DNA from: a virus
Taxonomy: Duplodnaviria > Caudoviricetes
DNA: 45,724 nucleotides
Reading direction: 5' to 3' (one strand)
Virus record (IMG/VR): IMGVR_UViG_3300034032_000023
Location: 1 to 45,724 of that record
A program made the translations under genes and the position numbers. This document shows positions 26,098-34,873 of this stretch, one piece after another (positions within the stretch are counted from its first letter, which is position 1; each line of letters starts with the position of its first letter). Under the pieces are notes generated by a model. The model had not been told where the DNA came from, did not search any database, and saw only the letters and a program-made list of their open reading frames with translations.

Positions 26098-26415
26098 TTA
26101 GTGCGGGTTGCCTTTTCGCGGGGTTCCGACCGTCTGCGAGTATCGCTCGATTTCGACGCCTATCGCCGGCAGCACCTTGCCCACTTCCTCCGGCGGCAGG
26201 CCTTCGGCGAAGGCGTCCTCGACCGTGGCCAGCACCGCGAAAGCGCCGGCGAAGAAAGCGCGCTTCATCTCCTGGCGCTGGACGTCGTGCGCCGCGAGCG
26301 GGATGACCTCGTCCTGGAAGCTCTGCCACTGATGCTCGAGCAGGCTGATCGGGGTCTGCGGGTCGGTCAGGTCGATCACCTGCGTGCTGCCGGGGTTGCG
26401 GAGTCGGTTCGTCAT
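26098..26415 (-). CDS. Hypothetical protein (105 aa)
   Basis: AGGA SD; contains QRQEMKRAFFAGA. Confidence 0.7.
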   Translation of the reverse strand: MTNRLRNPGSTQVIDLTDPQTPISLLEHQWQSFQDEVIPLAAHDVQRQEMKRAFFAGAFAVLATVEDAFAEGLPPEEVGKVLPAIGVEIERYSQTVGTPRKGNPH

Positions 26416-26423
26416 GAGGGGTC

Positions 26424-26651
26424 CTATCGGGTGGGGAGCTGGGCGAGCATTGAGTCGAGTACTCCGGCGCGCTCATCGTGGACGGCGGCCCGCGCCTCGA
26501 GCTGCGCGCGGGTCTCGCCGGGGTTGAGGTCGCGGGTACGGCAGTTCACGGCGATGCTGCGGTGGCAGGCCGCGTTGTGGACGATCGATGCGCGCAGGAG
26601 CGGCAGGGCGTCGGGGTGGTCGCTGGCGATCGCGAACGTGCGCTCGGTCAT
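26424..26651 (-). CDS. Hypothetical protein (75 aa)
   Basis: ATGA overlap with the rusA stop. Confidence 0.6.
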   Translation of the reverse strand: MTERTFAIASDHPDALPLLRASIVHNAACHRSIAVNCRTRDLNPGETRAQLEARAAVHDERAGVLDSMLAQLPTR

Positions 26652-27172
26652 CGCAGCAGCACGAAGTCGGCGAGGCGCTTGATCCATCCGCCCGCGCGCC
26701 AGTTCTCGCGCACCGCGACCTCGATCCAGCCCGGCGAGCCCTGCGGCGCGTAGAGCTTCACGGCGTCCACGGCGATGACCTGGGCGTCGTCGGCGTAGAC
26801 CACGCCGTTCATGGCGTCGCTGACGGCCTTGACGATGTTGTCGAGGTCCGGGTCGTCGGTCGGGGCGATCTCGCCGCGGGTGGCGCCTTCGGCCTTCCAC
26901 TTGGACCAGCTGCTGGGGATCTCGACGTGCACGGTCACCTGGAGCTCGATCGGCCGGCGCGAAGGCTCGGCGTCCCCCCATGCCCGGCGGGCGATCGCCT
27001 TGATCCGTTCCTCGTAGGCGACGGTCTCCTTCGGCGTGTACCACTGCAGGAAGGGGCGCTTGCCCTTGGGCGTGACGATGCGCGCGCGGACCCGCTCCTT
27101 CGGTGCGGCCGCGCCGGCGAGTCGGAACCGCACGGTGCGGCCCGGCTGCAGGATCTGGGCGACGGCGTTCAC
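26648..27172 (-). CDS. rusA: RusA-family Holliday junction resolvase
   Basis: PKERVR, YTPKET, PDLDNIVKAVSDAMNGVVYADDAQV catalytic motif. Confidence 0.92.
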   Translation of the reverse strand: MNAVAQILQPGRTVRFRLAGAAAPKERVRARIVTPKGKRPFLQWYTPKETVAYEERIKAIARRAWGDAEPSRRPIELQVTVHVEIPSSWSKWKAEGATRGEIAPTDDPDLDNIVKAVSDAMNGVVYADDAQVIAVDAVKLYAPQGSPGWIEVAVRENWRAGGWIKRLADFVLLR

Positions 27173-27570
27173 TCGGGCTGGTCCTCGCCGACGCGTGCGA
27201 ACGGGTAGCGGTCCGGGTGCGGCTTGATCAGCTGCTGGAAGTAGGCGCCCTTGCTCTCGGCATCGCGGAATGCCTGCCAGTCGGTGTCGCCGAAGTTCTC
27301 GTAGCGGTAGAGCGCGCCGCGCTGGCCGGGCTTGCGGGAGGCGAACCGCACCAGCAGGGCCCTGAAGATCGGGTCGTGCCCGATCGCCTCGATCAGCGAG
27401 CTGTCGACCGGGTGCATGGTGACGGAGGCGACCCACGACGCCTCGTCGACGACCACCGGCGTGCGCAGGGCCTCGGCGCGGCGCTTGTTGGCTTCGTGCC
27501 GCTCGACGAGCGCGCGGATCTCCGCCTGCTCGGTCGGGTCCAGCGGCGGGCTGTTGTTGATCGGGCTCAT
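27169..27570 (-). CDS. KTSC-domain protein
   Basis: VDSSLIEAIGHD...LLVRF...YRY...AESKGAYF. Confidence 0.85.
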   Translation of the reverse strand: MSPINNSPPLDPTEQAEIRALVERHEANKRRAEALRTPVVVDEASWVASVTMHPVDSSLIEAIGHDPIFRALLVRFASRKPGQRGALYRYENFGDTDWQAFRDAESKGAYFQQLIKPHPDRYPFARVGEDQPE

Positions 27571-28403
27571 AGCAGGCGCTCCTGGATGGTGCCGTCCTCG
27601 CGGACGATGCGGTTGTAGCTGGCTTCGACGCCGCTACCAAAGCAGGCGAGGCACTCGCCCGGGTTGTATTGCTTGGGGTGGTGCTGGTGCTGCGGATCCT
27701 TCCGCGTGCCGTTGCAGCGGATGCAGCTCTCGCGCTCGCGCAGCACGATCGGCGCGGCGACCGGCTCCGGGTCCGGCATGCGCAGCGCCTGGCGGCACGC
27801 CGCGAGGCATTCCTCGGTCGACATCATGATCGGCGGGGGCGGCTCGCGCCGGTCCTCGTGCGTGATCTGCTGGCTGGCGGGCGTGTAGGCCGGGAGGCCG
27901 CCGCCGGCGAGCAGGTGGGCTTTGGCGCGGGCGTGGGCGCGCTCGAGCATGCGCCACTGCTCGTCCGGGCCCTTCATGCGCCACTCGGCCTCGCTGATGC
28001 CGCGCTTCACCAGCACGCTGAAGGGGTGCCATTCCGCCGGCGGCTTCTGCAGGTTCGCGTCGACCTCAGTGATCGGCAGGCCGCCGAGGCAGTAGAACCG
28101 GAAGTCGGCCAGCACCGGGGGCCATCCGTCCGGCGCCCGGCGTGCCGTGTCGAGGCCCCGCTGCAGCGCGCGCTGGCCGATGCCCGCGAGGTCGACGGCC
28201 CAGACGCGGCCGCTCGTCTCGGCGAAGTTGTCGCCGTGCGCGCTAGTCCAGCGGTGGCCGAAGGCCGCCGTCATCGTCGCCGCTATCAGGTCCAGTGCCT
28301 GCGTGGGCAGCGGCTTGCGCTGCTCGCTCGAAGGCGTTTCCGAGGACACGATCGATCGCGCCTCCCTGGCGGCCGTTATTGCCGCGCGTCCTGCTCTGTG
28401 CAT
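27567..28403 (-). CDS. Lambda P-like helicase loader with C-terminal zinc finger (start uncertain)
   Basis: FGHRWTS, W..DL, WPPVLADF..C motifs; follows the O-like gene; CxxCxG twice at the C-terminus. Confidence 0.65.
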   Translation of the reverse strand: MHRAGRAAITAAREARSIVSSETPSSEQRKPLPTQALDLIAATMTAAFGHRWTSAHGDNFAETSGRVWAVDLAGIGQRALQRGLDTARRAPDGWPPVLADFRFYCLGGLPITEVDANLQKPPAEWHPFSVLVKRGISEAEWRMKGPDEQWRMLERAHARAKAHLLAGGGLPAYTPASQQITHEDRREPPPPIMMSTEECLAACRQALRMPDPEPVAAPIVLRERESCIRCNGTRKDPQHQHHPKQYNPGECLACFGSGVEASYNRIVREDGTIQERLL

Positions 28404-29085
28404 AATCGTTGCTCCCGTGAGTGGTGTTCGCGGTCCCTGCCCCAGCCCTAGCCGGCTGGGGTTTTCCGTTTCTGGCTTCGATCCATTCGACCTTGAAGCC
28501 GGTCCAGCCTCGATCGACGCATTCGTCGAGCACCTGGTCAACCGTCCAGCCCATCGCGATCGCTTCCACCAGCCGCGGGGCCATGCGCTTGATGACCTTC
28601 GCCGTGACGGGTGCCCGCTTCGCTTGTCGGAGCTTCAGCCAGTCGGCAAGGGTCTCCGGTGAAGGCTGGGCCGGCCATTCGCTGAAGTCGAGCCTCGCGC
28701 CCGCGGTAGAACCAGAAGCTGAGGCTTCAATGAGGCTTAGGGTCCGGCTGCCGGACGGGGTGGGTCCGGCTCCCGGACGGGGTCCGGCTCCCGGACGGGG
28801 TCCGGCTGCTGGACGGTTCGCCATCTCCGGACTCGTGCCCACCCGGATGCGGTAGAGGTTGCTCCGGTTGAAGCGCTGGGTGGCCTCGACGTAACCCCAC
28901 GCCTTGAGCAGGGCGATGGCCTTGGCGACCGAGCTGCGGGCGAGCCCGGTGCGGTCCGCGATGGTCTCGAGGCTAGGCCATGCGCAATGGGCGTCGTCGG
29001 CCCGGTCGGCGAGGTAGATCAGCACGACTTTCTCGGTCGAGCGCATGGGGTGCCCCCACAGCTCGCGCGTCAGCGGGTTGCTCAT
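28243..29085 (-). CDS. Replication initiator (lambda O-like, N-terminal winged HTH)
   Basis: KVVLIYLADRAD...AWPSLETIADRTGLARSSV...SNLY; C-terminal WL..R..K...GW.GF; internal iterons. Confidence 0.8.
   Translation of the reverse strand: MSNPLTRELWGHPMRSTEKVVLIYLADRADDAHCAWPSLETIADRTGLARSSVAKAIALLKAWGYVEATQRFNRSNLYRIRVGTSPEMANRPAAGPRPGAGPRPGAGPTPSGSRTLSLIEASASGSTAGARLDFSEWPAQPSPETLADWLKLRQAKRAPVTAKVIKRMAPRLVEAIAMGWTVDQVLDECVDRGWTGFKVEWIEARNGKPQPARAGAGTANTTHGSNDYAQSRTRGNNGRQGGAIDRVLGNAFERAAQAAAHAGTGPDSGDDDGGLRPPLD
28740..28815. repeat. Four 18-bp iteron-like repeats; probable replication origin
   Basis: GGGTCCGGCT(C/G)C(C/T)GGACG at 28740, 28762, 28780 and 28798, inside the initiator gene. Confidence 0.75.
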
Positions 29086-29396
29086 GCCTGGCTGCCCTCC
29101 GCCCCGCGCGTCCACCGGATGCGCCGCGCGTCGAGCTGCTCGGTGTGGATCCAGAAGGCGTCGCACCGCTCGTCGTGCAGTGACTTGCCGCGGTAGGTGA
29201 CCAGCTTCTCGTCCTGCAGCTTCGCGAGCACCGCGAGGACCTTGTCCCGGTCCAGCCCGGTGTGCGCCACGAGGAAGTCGACGCTTACGTGGCAGTCGTC
29301 GTCGTCGCCGCAGGCCTCGCCCATGAAGATCAGCACCAGCTTCGCGCTGGGGCTGATGCGCGCGTACATCGCCGCGCCTGTCTCGCGCACGCTCAT
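29082..29396 (-). CDS. Winged-HTH protein (104 aa)
   Basis: SAKLVLIFM...SVDFLVAHTGLDRDKVLAVLAKL. Confidence 0.7.
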   Translation of the reverse strand: MSVRETGAAMYARISPSAKLVLIFMGEACGDDDDCHVSVDFLVAHTGLDRDKVLAVLAKLQDEKLVTYRGKSLHDERCDAFWIHTEQLDARRIRWTRGAEGSQA

Positions 29397-29608
29397 TCCT
29401 GCACCCAGACGTAGAAGCGGGCCATCAGCACGCTGCGGTCGTGGTCGACGGTCTCGTGCTCGCGCCGGATCGCCTGCGCCAGAAACTCGATTCGCTGCTC
29501 GTCGAGGAATTCGATGGCCACCTGATCGGCGGCGTCGAGCGTGGCCATGTACGGCGTGATGTCCACGATCCCAGCGCAGCGCCTTCCCCCCCGGGATTGG
29601 TTTTTCAT
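29393..29608 (-). CDS. Hypothetical protein (71 aa) in the cII-equivalent position
   Basis: ATGA overlaps at both ends. Confidence 0.55.
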   Translation of the reverse strand: MKNQSRGGRRCAGIVDITPYMATLDAADQVAIEFLDEQRIEFLAQAIRREHETVDHDRSVLMARFYVWVQE

Positions 29609-29922
29609 GCGGGCTGGTATCCGAGTTCGGCCACCGTCAGCTGGTCGAAGGCGGCGGGCAGGATCTGCTGCAGCGTCGCGGCGCCGCCGCTTAGCTGGAC
29701 GAGCTTGCGGGCCTGCTCGGGCGTCGGGTCGCGGTTGACGTACCAGAGCCGGACGGCTTCGCCCTTCGTGAAGCCCATCGTGCGGCCCACGTGGCTGGCG
29801 CCGCCGGCGGCCTTGATGGCGATCCAGCGCGCGCGGCGCACCGGGTCGGCCGGCATGCCTGGCGCGAGGATGATGCCGTCGGACTTCCGCTTTCGCGGGG
29901 CTTTCTGCGGTTTCGTGGTCAT
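29605..29922 (-). CDS. Cro/YdaS-like HTH regulator
   Basis: AIKAAGGASHVGRTMG...AVRLW...LSGGAATLQQILP; first gene of the leftward early operon. Confidence 0.75.
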   Translation of the reverse strand: MTTKPQKAPRKRKSDGIILAPGMPADPVRRARWIAIKAAGGASHVGRTMGFTKGEAVRLWYVNRDPTPEQARKLVQLSGGAATLQQILPAAFDQLTVAELGYQPA

Positions 29923-29954
29923 GGCTCCTGGGTCTCGGTTGGCGGGACGGCGCC

Positions 29955-30007
29955 ACTGTAGCCTCTGCCCCGGCTTGTTGCAATCGCGCTGCCGGCGATG
30001 GCAAGCT
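29955..30007. promoter_or_regulatory. Divergent sigma70-like promoters sharing one palindromic -35 (TTGCAA, 29978-29983)
   Basis: Minus: TTGCAA-17-TACAGT; plus: TTGCAA-18-CAAGCT with TG extension. Confidence 0.55.
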
Positions 30008-30051
30008 GCACCCGCTCCCGGCATCCCGCCGGACTTTCCGAGGTACCTCCC

Positions 30052-31041
30052 GTGAAGCACTCCGAGTCGTTTACCCAGATCGCGGCCGCCCTGGCTGTGG
30101 CGTCTGGCGCCTTTGGCGAAATCAAAAAGGACCGCGAGGTCGAGGTTAAAACCCGAGCCGGCGGCTCCTACTGTTTCAAGTACGCCACGCTCTCCGCGAT
30201 CGTTGCCGCGGTGCGTCCCGCCCTATCGACGAACGGGCTGGTGCTGGTGCAGTCCGTCGTGACGGAAGGCGGCTACGACCCGGCGAGCGGCGCGGCCGTG
30301 GAGGAGGACTTCCTCGAAACGCGGCTCGTGCACGCGTCGGGCGAGTGGTTCGCCAATCTGACGCCCGTGCTGATCGACGCCGACGAGAAGGGCGCGCAGG
30401 CGTACGGCTCGGCGATCACCTACGCACGCCGCTACGGGATCACCCAGCTGCTGTGCGTGGTCGCCGATGAGGACGACGACGGCAATGCCGCATCCGGCAA
30501 CGTGTCGCGCGATCGTCGTCCTGCGTCCGGTGGCGGTGGCGGTGGCCGTGGCGGTGCGCCGGCGTCCGATAAGCAGATCAGCATGCTGCGCGCGAAGCTG
30601 CGCGGGGCCAAGGGCGACGAGGTCGCGTTGTGCGCGGCGCTCGAAATCGAAGCGCTCGAGGCGCTGCCGAAGTCGCGCGTCGACGAGGCGGTGCAGCTGA
30701 TCGATTCCGGCTCCGACCGGATCATGCCGAGCGCGGTGACGGGCTCGGCTCCGGCGGATGCGGCCGCGAAGGCGGCATGCGACAAGGCGGTTGCGGCGAA
30801 CATGCAGTCGCTGCAGTACATCCGCTTCCATCTCGGCGAGGTCGATCAGCTCGCCGACGACATTCCGGAAACGTGCGATGGCGAGGATCCGTCGCCGGCG
30901 AAGGCTGCGCTCGAATGGAAGGCCTACAGCGACGACGAGAAGACCGCGCTGTGGCTGGCGCCGTCGAAGGGCGGCTGGTTCTCGACCAGCGAGCGTGAGG
31001 CCATTCGCAAGGCCCTCGCCGCTCTGCCGAAGGAGGGCTGA
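30052..31041 (+). CDS. erf: ERF-family single-strand annealing protein
   Basis: KYATL, QAYGSAITYARRY, DEDDDG motifs; GTG start with GAGG SD. Confidence 0.9.
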   Translation: MKHSESFTQIAAALAVASGAFGEIKKDREVEVKTRAGGSYCFKYATLSAIVAAVRPALSTNGLVLVQSVVTEGGYDPASGAAVEEDFLETRLVHASGEWFANLTPVLIDADEKGAQAYGSAITYARRYGITQLLCVVADEDDDGNAASGNVSRDRRPASGGGGGGRGGAPASDKQISMLRAKLRGAKGDEVALCAALEIEALEALPKSRVDEAVQLIDSGSDRIMPSAVTGSAPADAAAKAACDKAVAANMQSLQYIRFHLGEVDQLADDIPETCDGEDPSPAKAALEWKAYSDDEKTALWLAPSKGGWFSTSEREAIRKALAALPKEG

Positions 31042-31046
31042 TCGCC

Positions 31047-31979
31047 ATGTCCGATATCACCCACACCCTGACGCCCGACCAGCAGGCCGCGCGTGCTCTC
31101 GCCTTCGAATCGACGAAGGCGCAGCTGGTCCAGCTCGCCAGCGAAACGGCGTCCCTGACCCGCGTCGACACCGACGACAACCTGGCCGCCGCGAAGGCGG
31201 CCCGGGCTCGTCTCCGGACGGCGCGCACCACGATCGAGAAGACCGGCAAGGCTGCGCGCGACGACGCCAACAAGTTCCAGAAGGCCGTCATCGCGAAGGA
31301 GCGCGAGCTGGTCGGCGTCATCCAGCCCGAGGAGGAACGTCTGGCCGGCCTCGTGGAAGCTGAGGAGCGTCGGCGCGAGGATGCGGCGCGGGCGATTCGC
31401 GAGGAGGAGGAGCGGCGCGCAGCCCGCGTCGCGGAGGCGTTCGGGAACCTCCGCGGCCTGCCGACGCGCGCCCTGACCGCGGCGTCGATCGAGGAGGTGG
31501 TCGTGCTCGAAACGGCCGCCCTGAGCGCCCTGGACGACCAGGGCGAGTTCCCCGAGGACCTCCGGTCCGCCGCCCGCTACGAGGCCAACGTCGCGCTCAA
31601 CGCGGTGCGTGCCGAGCTGGACAAGCGGCGCCGCGTTGAAGCGGAGCGCGCCGAGCTCGAGCGCCTTCGTGCGCTCGTGGCGCAGCAGGCGGCGCAGGCC
31701 GAGACGCAGACGGAGTCGGTGGATCCGCCGAAGGCCGGCGAGGAGGCCCGCCCTGCCGAGCAGGCCGCCGTGCCGCCGGTGGTCGCCGAGCGCGTGCAAG
31801 CGGCGTCCCTCGCTGCCGCGGAAGCGTCTGCGTCGGTGCAGCGTCTCGGCACCAGCCTGCTGGCCGCGGCGCGCGCTGCGCATGCGTTCCTCGAGGCGCG
31901 CGGCTTCGGCTCGCACCGGGTCGCACTGGATCTCGCTGAAGCGATCGACGAGGCCGACGTGCCGGGCGGTGGCGCATGA
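31047..31979 (+). CDS. Coiled-coil hypothetical protein (310 aa)
   Basis: Ala/Glu/Arg-rich helical ORF between erf and ssb; GGAGG SD. Confidence 0.75.
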   Translation: MSDITHTLTPDQQAARALAFESTKAQLVQLASETASLTRVDTDDNLAAAKAARARLRTARTTIEKTGKAARDDANKFQKAVIAKERELVGVIQPEEERLAGLVEAEERRREDAARAIREEEERRAARVAEAFGNLRGLPTRALTAASIEEVVVLETAALSALDDQGEFPEDLRSAARYEANVALNAVRAELDKRRRVEAERAELERLRALVAQQAAQAETQTESVDPPKAGEEARPAEQAAVPPVVAERVQAASLAAAEASASVQRLGTSLLAAARAAHAFLEARGFGSHRVALDLAEAIDEADVPGGGA

Positions 31980-32446
31980 GCGGCTTCGTCCAGATCATCG
32001 CGCTGGGACGGCTCGGGGGTGATCCCGAGCTTTCCTACACGCAGGGCGGTACCGCGGTCGCGAAGTTCTCGATCGCGACGTCCCGGAAGCGCGGCGAGGA
32101 AGAGGTCACCACCTGGCTGCGCTGGAAGGCCTACGGCAAGCAGGCCGAGCTGATCGCCGAGCACGTGAAAAAGGGCGAGCTGCTGTTCTGCGAAGGCCGG
32201 CCGGATCAATGGCAGGCCGAAGGCGAGCGAGGAAAGGTCACCGTTACCGACTACATCGTCGAGCACTTCGAATTCTGCAGCGCTCGCCGCGACGCCGATG
32301 GCGGCCGCCCATCCACGCAGCATCCGTCCAGCGATCGCCCGGCCCGCGGTTACTCGCCGTCGCGTCCGGCCCGCGGTCCTGCTGAGCGCGACTCGCAGCA
32401 GCTCAACCGTAGCGGAGGCACCTTCGATGACGACATTCCCTTCTGA
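31976..32446 (+). CDS. ssb: Single-stranded DNA-binding protein
   Basis: GRLGGDPEL, FSIAT, KG.L..EG and C-terminal FDDDIPF. Confidence 0.95.
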   Translation: MSGFVQIIALGRLGGDPELSYTQGGTAVAKFSIATSRKRGEEEVTTWLRWKAYGKQAELIAEHVKKGELLFCEGRPDQWQAEGERGKVTVTDYIVEHFEFCSARRDADGGRPSTQHPSSDRPARGYSPSRPARGPAERDSQQLNRSGGTFDDDIPF

Positions 32447-32726
32447 TCGGGATCCGCGCGTCGATCCGCGCCCTGGTGACGTCCTGGTCCTGCACCACTT
32501 CGGATCGTGCGGCACCGAGTTCGCCGTCACCCGCGCTGGCCTCGGCCGGCGCGGTTCCCCGTCCGGCGCGCGCGAGGAGCGGCAGGTTGCCTGCCGTCTC
32601 CGCTCGCTCGGCGGCTTACCGATCGACAGCCGCGGGCGCATCTACGCGCTCGCCGGCTGGCCCGCCTTCATGCGCGAGGCCGAAGTCACCACTACCGCCC
32701 CGGAGGCGCCCAATGTCGGACCCTGA
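32427..32726 (+). CDS. Hypothetical protein (99 aa)
   Basis: GGAGG SD; RDPRVDPRPGDVL. Confidence 0.6.
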   Translation: MTTFPSDRDPRVDPRPGDVLVLHHFGSCGTEFAVTRAGLGRRGSPSGAREERQVACRLRSLGGLPIDSRGRIYALAGWPAFMREAEVTTTAPEAPNVGP

Positions 32727-33162
32727 AATGCTCCCTGATCTCCCGCAGCGCTTCGAGCGCGTCGTCGGCAACCTGTCCCTGCTGTCCGTCCGCCTCGGCG
32801 AGGAAGACGCCCGCCTCGTCGAGGAGGCAATGTCCCTGCTCGCCGGCGTGCAGGCCGTCGTCTGCGTCGAGGTCGACGTGCCGCCGTCCACCCTGGGCGC
32901 GGAGGCGATCGCGACCCAGCTCAACGCCTTCCGCTCGATTGGCCCCCGCACGCCGTCGGCGGCTCGCCTGCTGGCGAATGCGGCTGGGTTCCTGCGCCTC
33001 TCGTGTGCGGCGGAGGTGGAGGCGCGCGAGCTGCGGGTCGCCGAGGGCGAGCCCTGCCACGGCAGCGTGACCATCAACGCGCATGGCCCGGTCACCGTAA
33101 ACGTGCAGCCGGAGGCCAATCCGCGAACCATCGTGGTCGGCCCGGTTCGGGCTGAGCCGTGA
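32713..33162 (+). CDS. Hypothetical protein (149 aa)
   Basis: GGAGG SD upstream of ATG 32713. Confidence 0.6.
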   Translation: MSDPEMLPDLPQRFERVVGNLSLLSVRLGEEDARLVEEAMSLLAGVQAVVCVEVDVPPSTLGAEAIATQLNAFRSIGPRTPSAARLLANAAGFLRLSCAAEVEARELRVAEGEPCHGSVTINAHGPVTVNVQPEANPRTIVVGPVRAEP

Positions 33163-33632
33163 CGCAGGACGCCTTCCGCGTCGGCGAGCTGGTCCGGTGG
33201 ACGTCATCGTCCCCGGGCGCGGTGCTGCGCGTGGGCGTGGTCGTGGCGGTGGTGCCTGCGGGCGCCGCCGTCGCCGACTGCACTCCCGCGGGCCGATGGT
33301 CGCGCCGCTTCGACAGCGAGGCGGTGCGGGCGTCCGAGTCCTACCTGGTCGCCCTCAAGCAGGGCGGCTCGGGTCCCGGGATCCTTCATCGCCCGTGGGT
33401 CTCCCGCATGCGGCGGTTCTCGGATGGCCCGGACGCGCCCGCTACGCGGCCTGTGCGGGCCGTGGCGCCCCGCGGGCGCCCTGCGGCTCCGGTTGCCGCG
33501 GCCGAATCGGCACGCGGCGTCCTGCGGCGCCTCTGGCAGCGCCTTGTCGCGTCGGCCCGGGCCCTATCGCCCCGTCGGCACCACGAGGTACGTGTTCAGC
33601 AGGCTGTGGAACGCGGCGACGTCCGCGTCTGA
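33159..33632 (+). CDS. Hypothetical protein (SH3/KOW-like N-terminus)
   Basis: FRVGELVRWTS...GVVVAVVP...ESYLV; GTGA-coupled; 3' end overlaps a convergent gene. Confidence 0.6.
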   Translation: MTQDAFRVGELVRWTSSSPGAVLRVGVVVAVVPAGAAVADCTPAGRWSRRFDSEAVRASESYLVALKQGGSGPGILHRPWVSRMRRFSDGPDAPATRPVRAVAPRGRPAAPVAAAESARGVLRRLWQRLVASARALSPRRHHEVRVQQAVERGDVRV

Positions 33633-34406
33633 AAGGCTGCCGTCGGTGATGTAGGCCACAGCGCCTCGGCCCTTCCACGGGTAGACCGTCCCGGTGTGAT
33701 CCTGCAGGCCCATCACGTGGATGGTCCTGCTGTTGCTGCTGTTGAAGCCCGACGACAGCGTGTTGCTCGCCAGCAGCGCCCCGTCCTTGAAGATCTCCGT
33801 GTTGGGGTCCGACGTCATCTGCCCGTAGTAGTGCGAGCTGCTCGCGGAAAGCCCGCTGTTGACGGACCACGGAACGTGGCCGTAGGAGAACCGCTCGGCG
33901 TTCGTCCGGAGGTCGATGCAGCACCGCCCGCTGCCGCCGATCACGCTGTCGTAGCAGCCCATCGGCTCGACGTTGCTGCCGAAGCCGATCGCGCGCTCCC
34001 ACCAGCCGAGGCCAAGCCGCGAGGTGTAGACGTCCTGCGGCTTGACCTTCGTGTTGAACCACTTGTTGACCTCGGTCGGGTTCGCGATGCCGGTCGCGGT
34101 CGTGCAGTCCGCGTCCACGAAGCCCGTCGAGTCGGCCGCGCCGACGTCCATCGAATCGCGCAGCGGCACGCGGTGCGCGGCTACTCCGTTTCCGATGAAG
34201 GGCAGCAGGTAGAGGATCTTGGCTCCGTAGCTGGCGGCCTGGATGGCCACGATCAGCGCATTCGCGAGGTCCTTTTCGCCGGTAGTCACCGAGCCGCCCA
34301 GCGCGCCGATTCGGGATTCCCACGTCAGCGTCTCGGCGACGTAACCGCCCCCGCCTCCGCCGGGCTCTTGGGCGGTCAGCCGTCCTGCAACGATCCCGGG
34401 AATCAT
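33564..34406 (-). CDS. Putative receptor-binding/tail fibre protein (beta-sandwich, lectin-like)
   Basis: Last gene of the tail module; MIPGIVAG plus Gly linker; LSDADVAAF C-terminus is reminiscent of LamG/ConA domains. Confidence 0.55.
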   Translation of the reverse strand: MIPGIVAGRLTAQEPGGGGGGYVAETLTWESRIGALGGSVTTGEKDLANALIVAIQAASYGAKILYLLPFIGNGVAAHRVPLRDSMDVGAADSTGFVDADCTTATGIANPTEVNKWFNTKVKPQDVYTSRLGLGWWERAIGFGSNVEPMGCYDSVIGGSGRCCIDLRTNAERFSYGHVPWSVNSGLSASSSHYYGQMTSDPNTEIFKDGALLASNTLSSGFNSSNSRTIHVMGLQDHTGTVYPWKGRGAVAYITDGSLSDADVAAFHSLLNTYLVVPTGR

Positions 34407-34870
34407 GACGCAGGCACCGTTACGCCGATCACGTCCCACTCGTCCGTGCCGACCTTTTTCAGCGTGATCGCGCCGTCGATCGGAACCACGAGCGTGCCGC
34501 CGGCAGGCGGGTTCAGGGTCACGCCGCTGGCCTCGACCAGCGTCAGCTCGCCCCCGGCCGCGCGCACGTGGACCTCGGAGCTGACGGCGATGGCCTCGGT
34601 CGCGTTCGTCTGCACCGTGAGCGTCGAAGCGCCGGCGTAGGTGGTCCGCAGGTAGCTGCCGACGTTGTCGGCAATGAGGCTGTGCGCCTGGTCCGGGATG
34701 TTGGCGACCGGCGCGACGCTGCTGCCCCCGCCGCCGCCCACGTGGTCCTTGAGGCCGCCCAGCGTTGTGCGCCGGCTCTCGAGCACGGCGCCGACCAGCT
34801 GCGTGATAACGACGATGTCGGCGTCGGCGAGCGCCTGGGCTGCCGGGAGTCCGCTGGGGGGAAGTGACAT
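34403..34870 (-). CDS. Tail fibre-associated protein (155 aa)
   Basis: Tail module position; C-terminal ITLKKVGTDEWDVIG fibre-tip-like motif. Confidence 0.6.
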   Translation of the reverse strand: MSLPPSGLPAAQALADADIVVITQLVGAVLESRRTTLGGLKDHVGGGGGSSVAPVANIPDQAHSLIADNVGSYLRTTYAGASTLTVQTNATEAIAVSSEVHVRAAGGELTLVEASGVTLNPPAGGTLVVPIDGAITLKKVGTDEWDVIGVTVPAS

Positions 34871-34873
34871 GGC

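Noticed and set aside
28740-28815. Repeat array as a possible mini-CRISPR
   Set aside because: Repeats are contiguous with no unique spacers, and no cas genes are present; iterons explain it better
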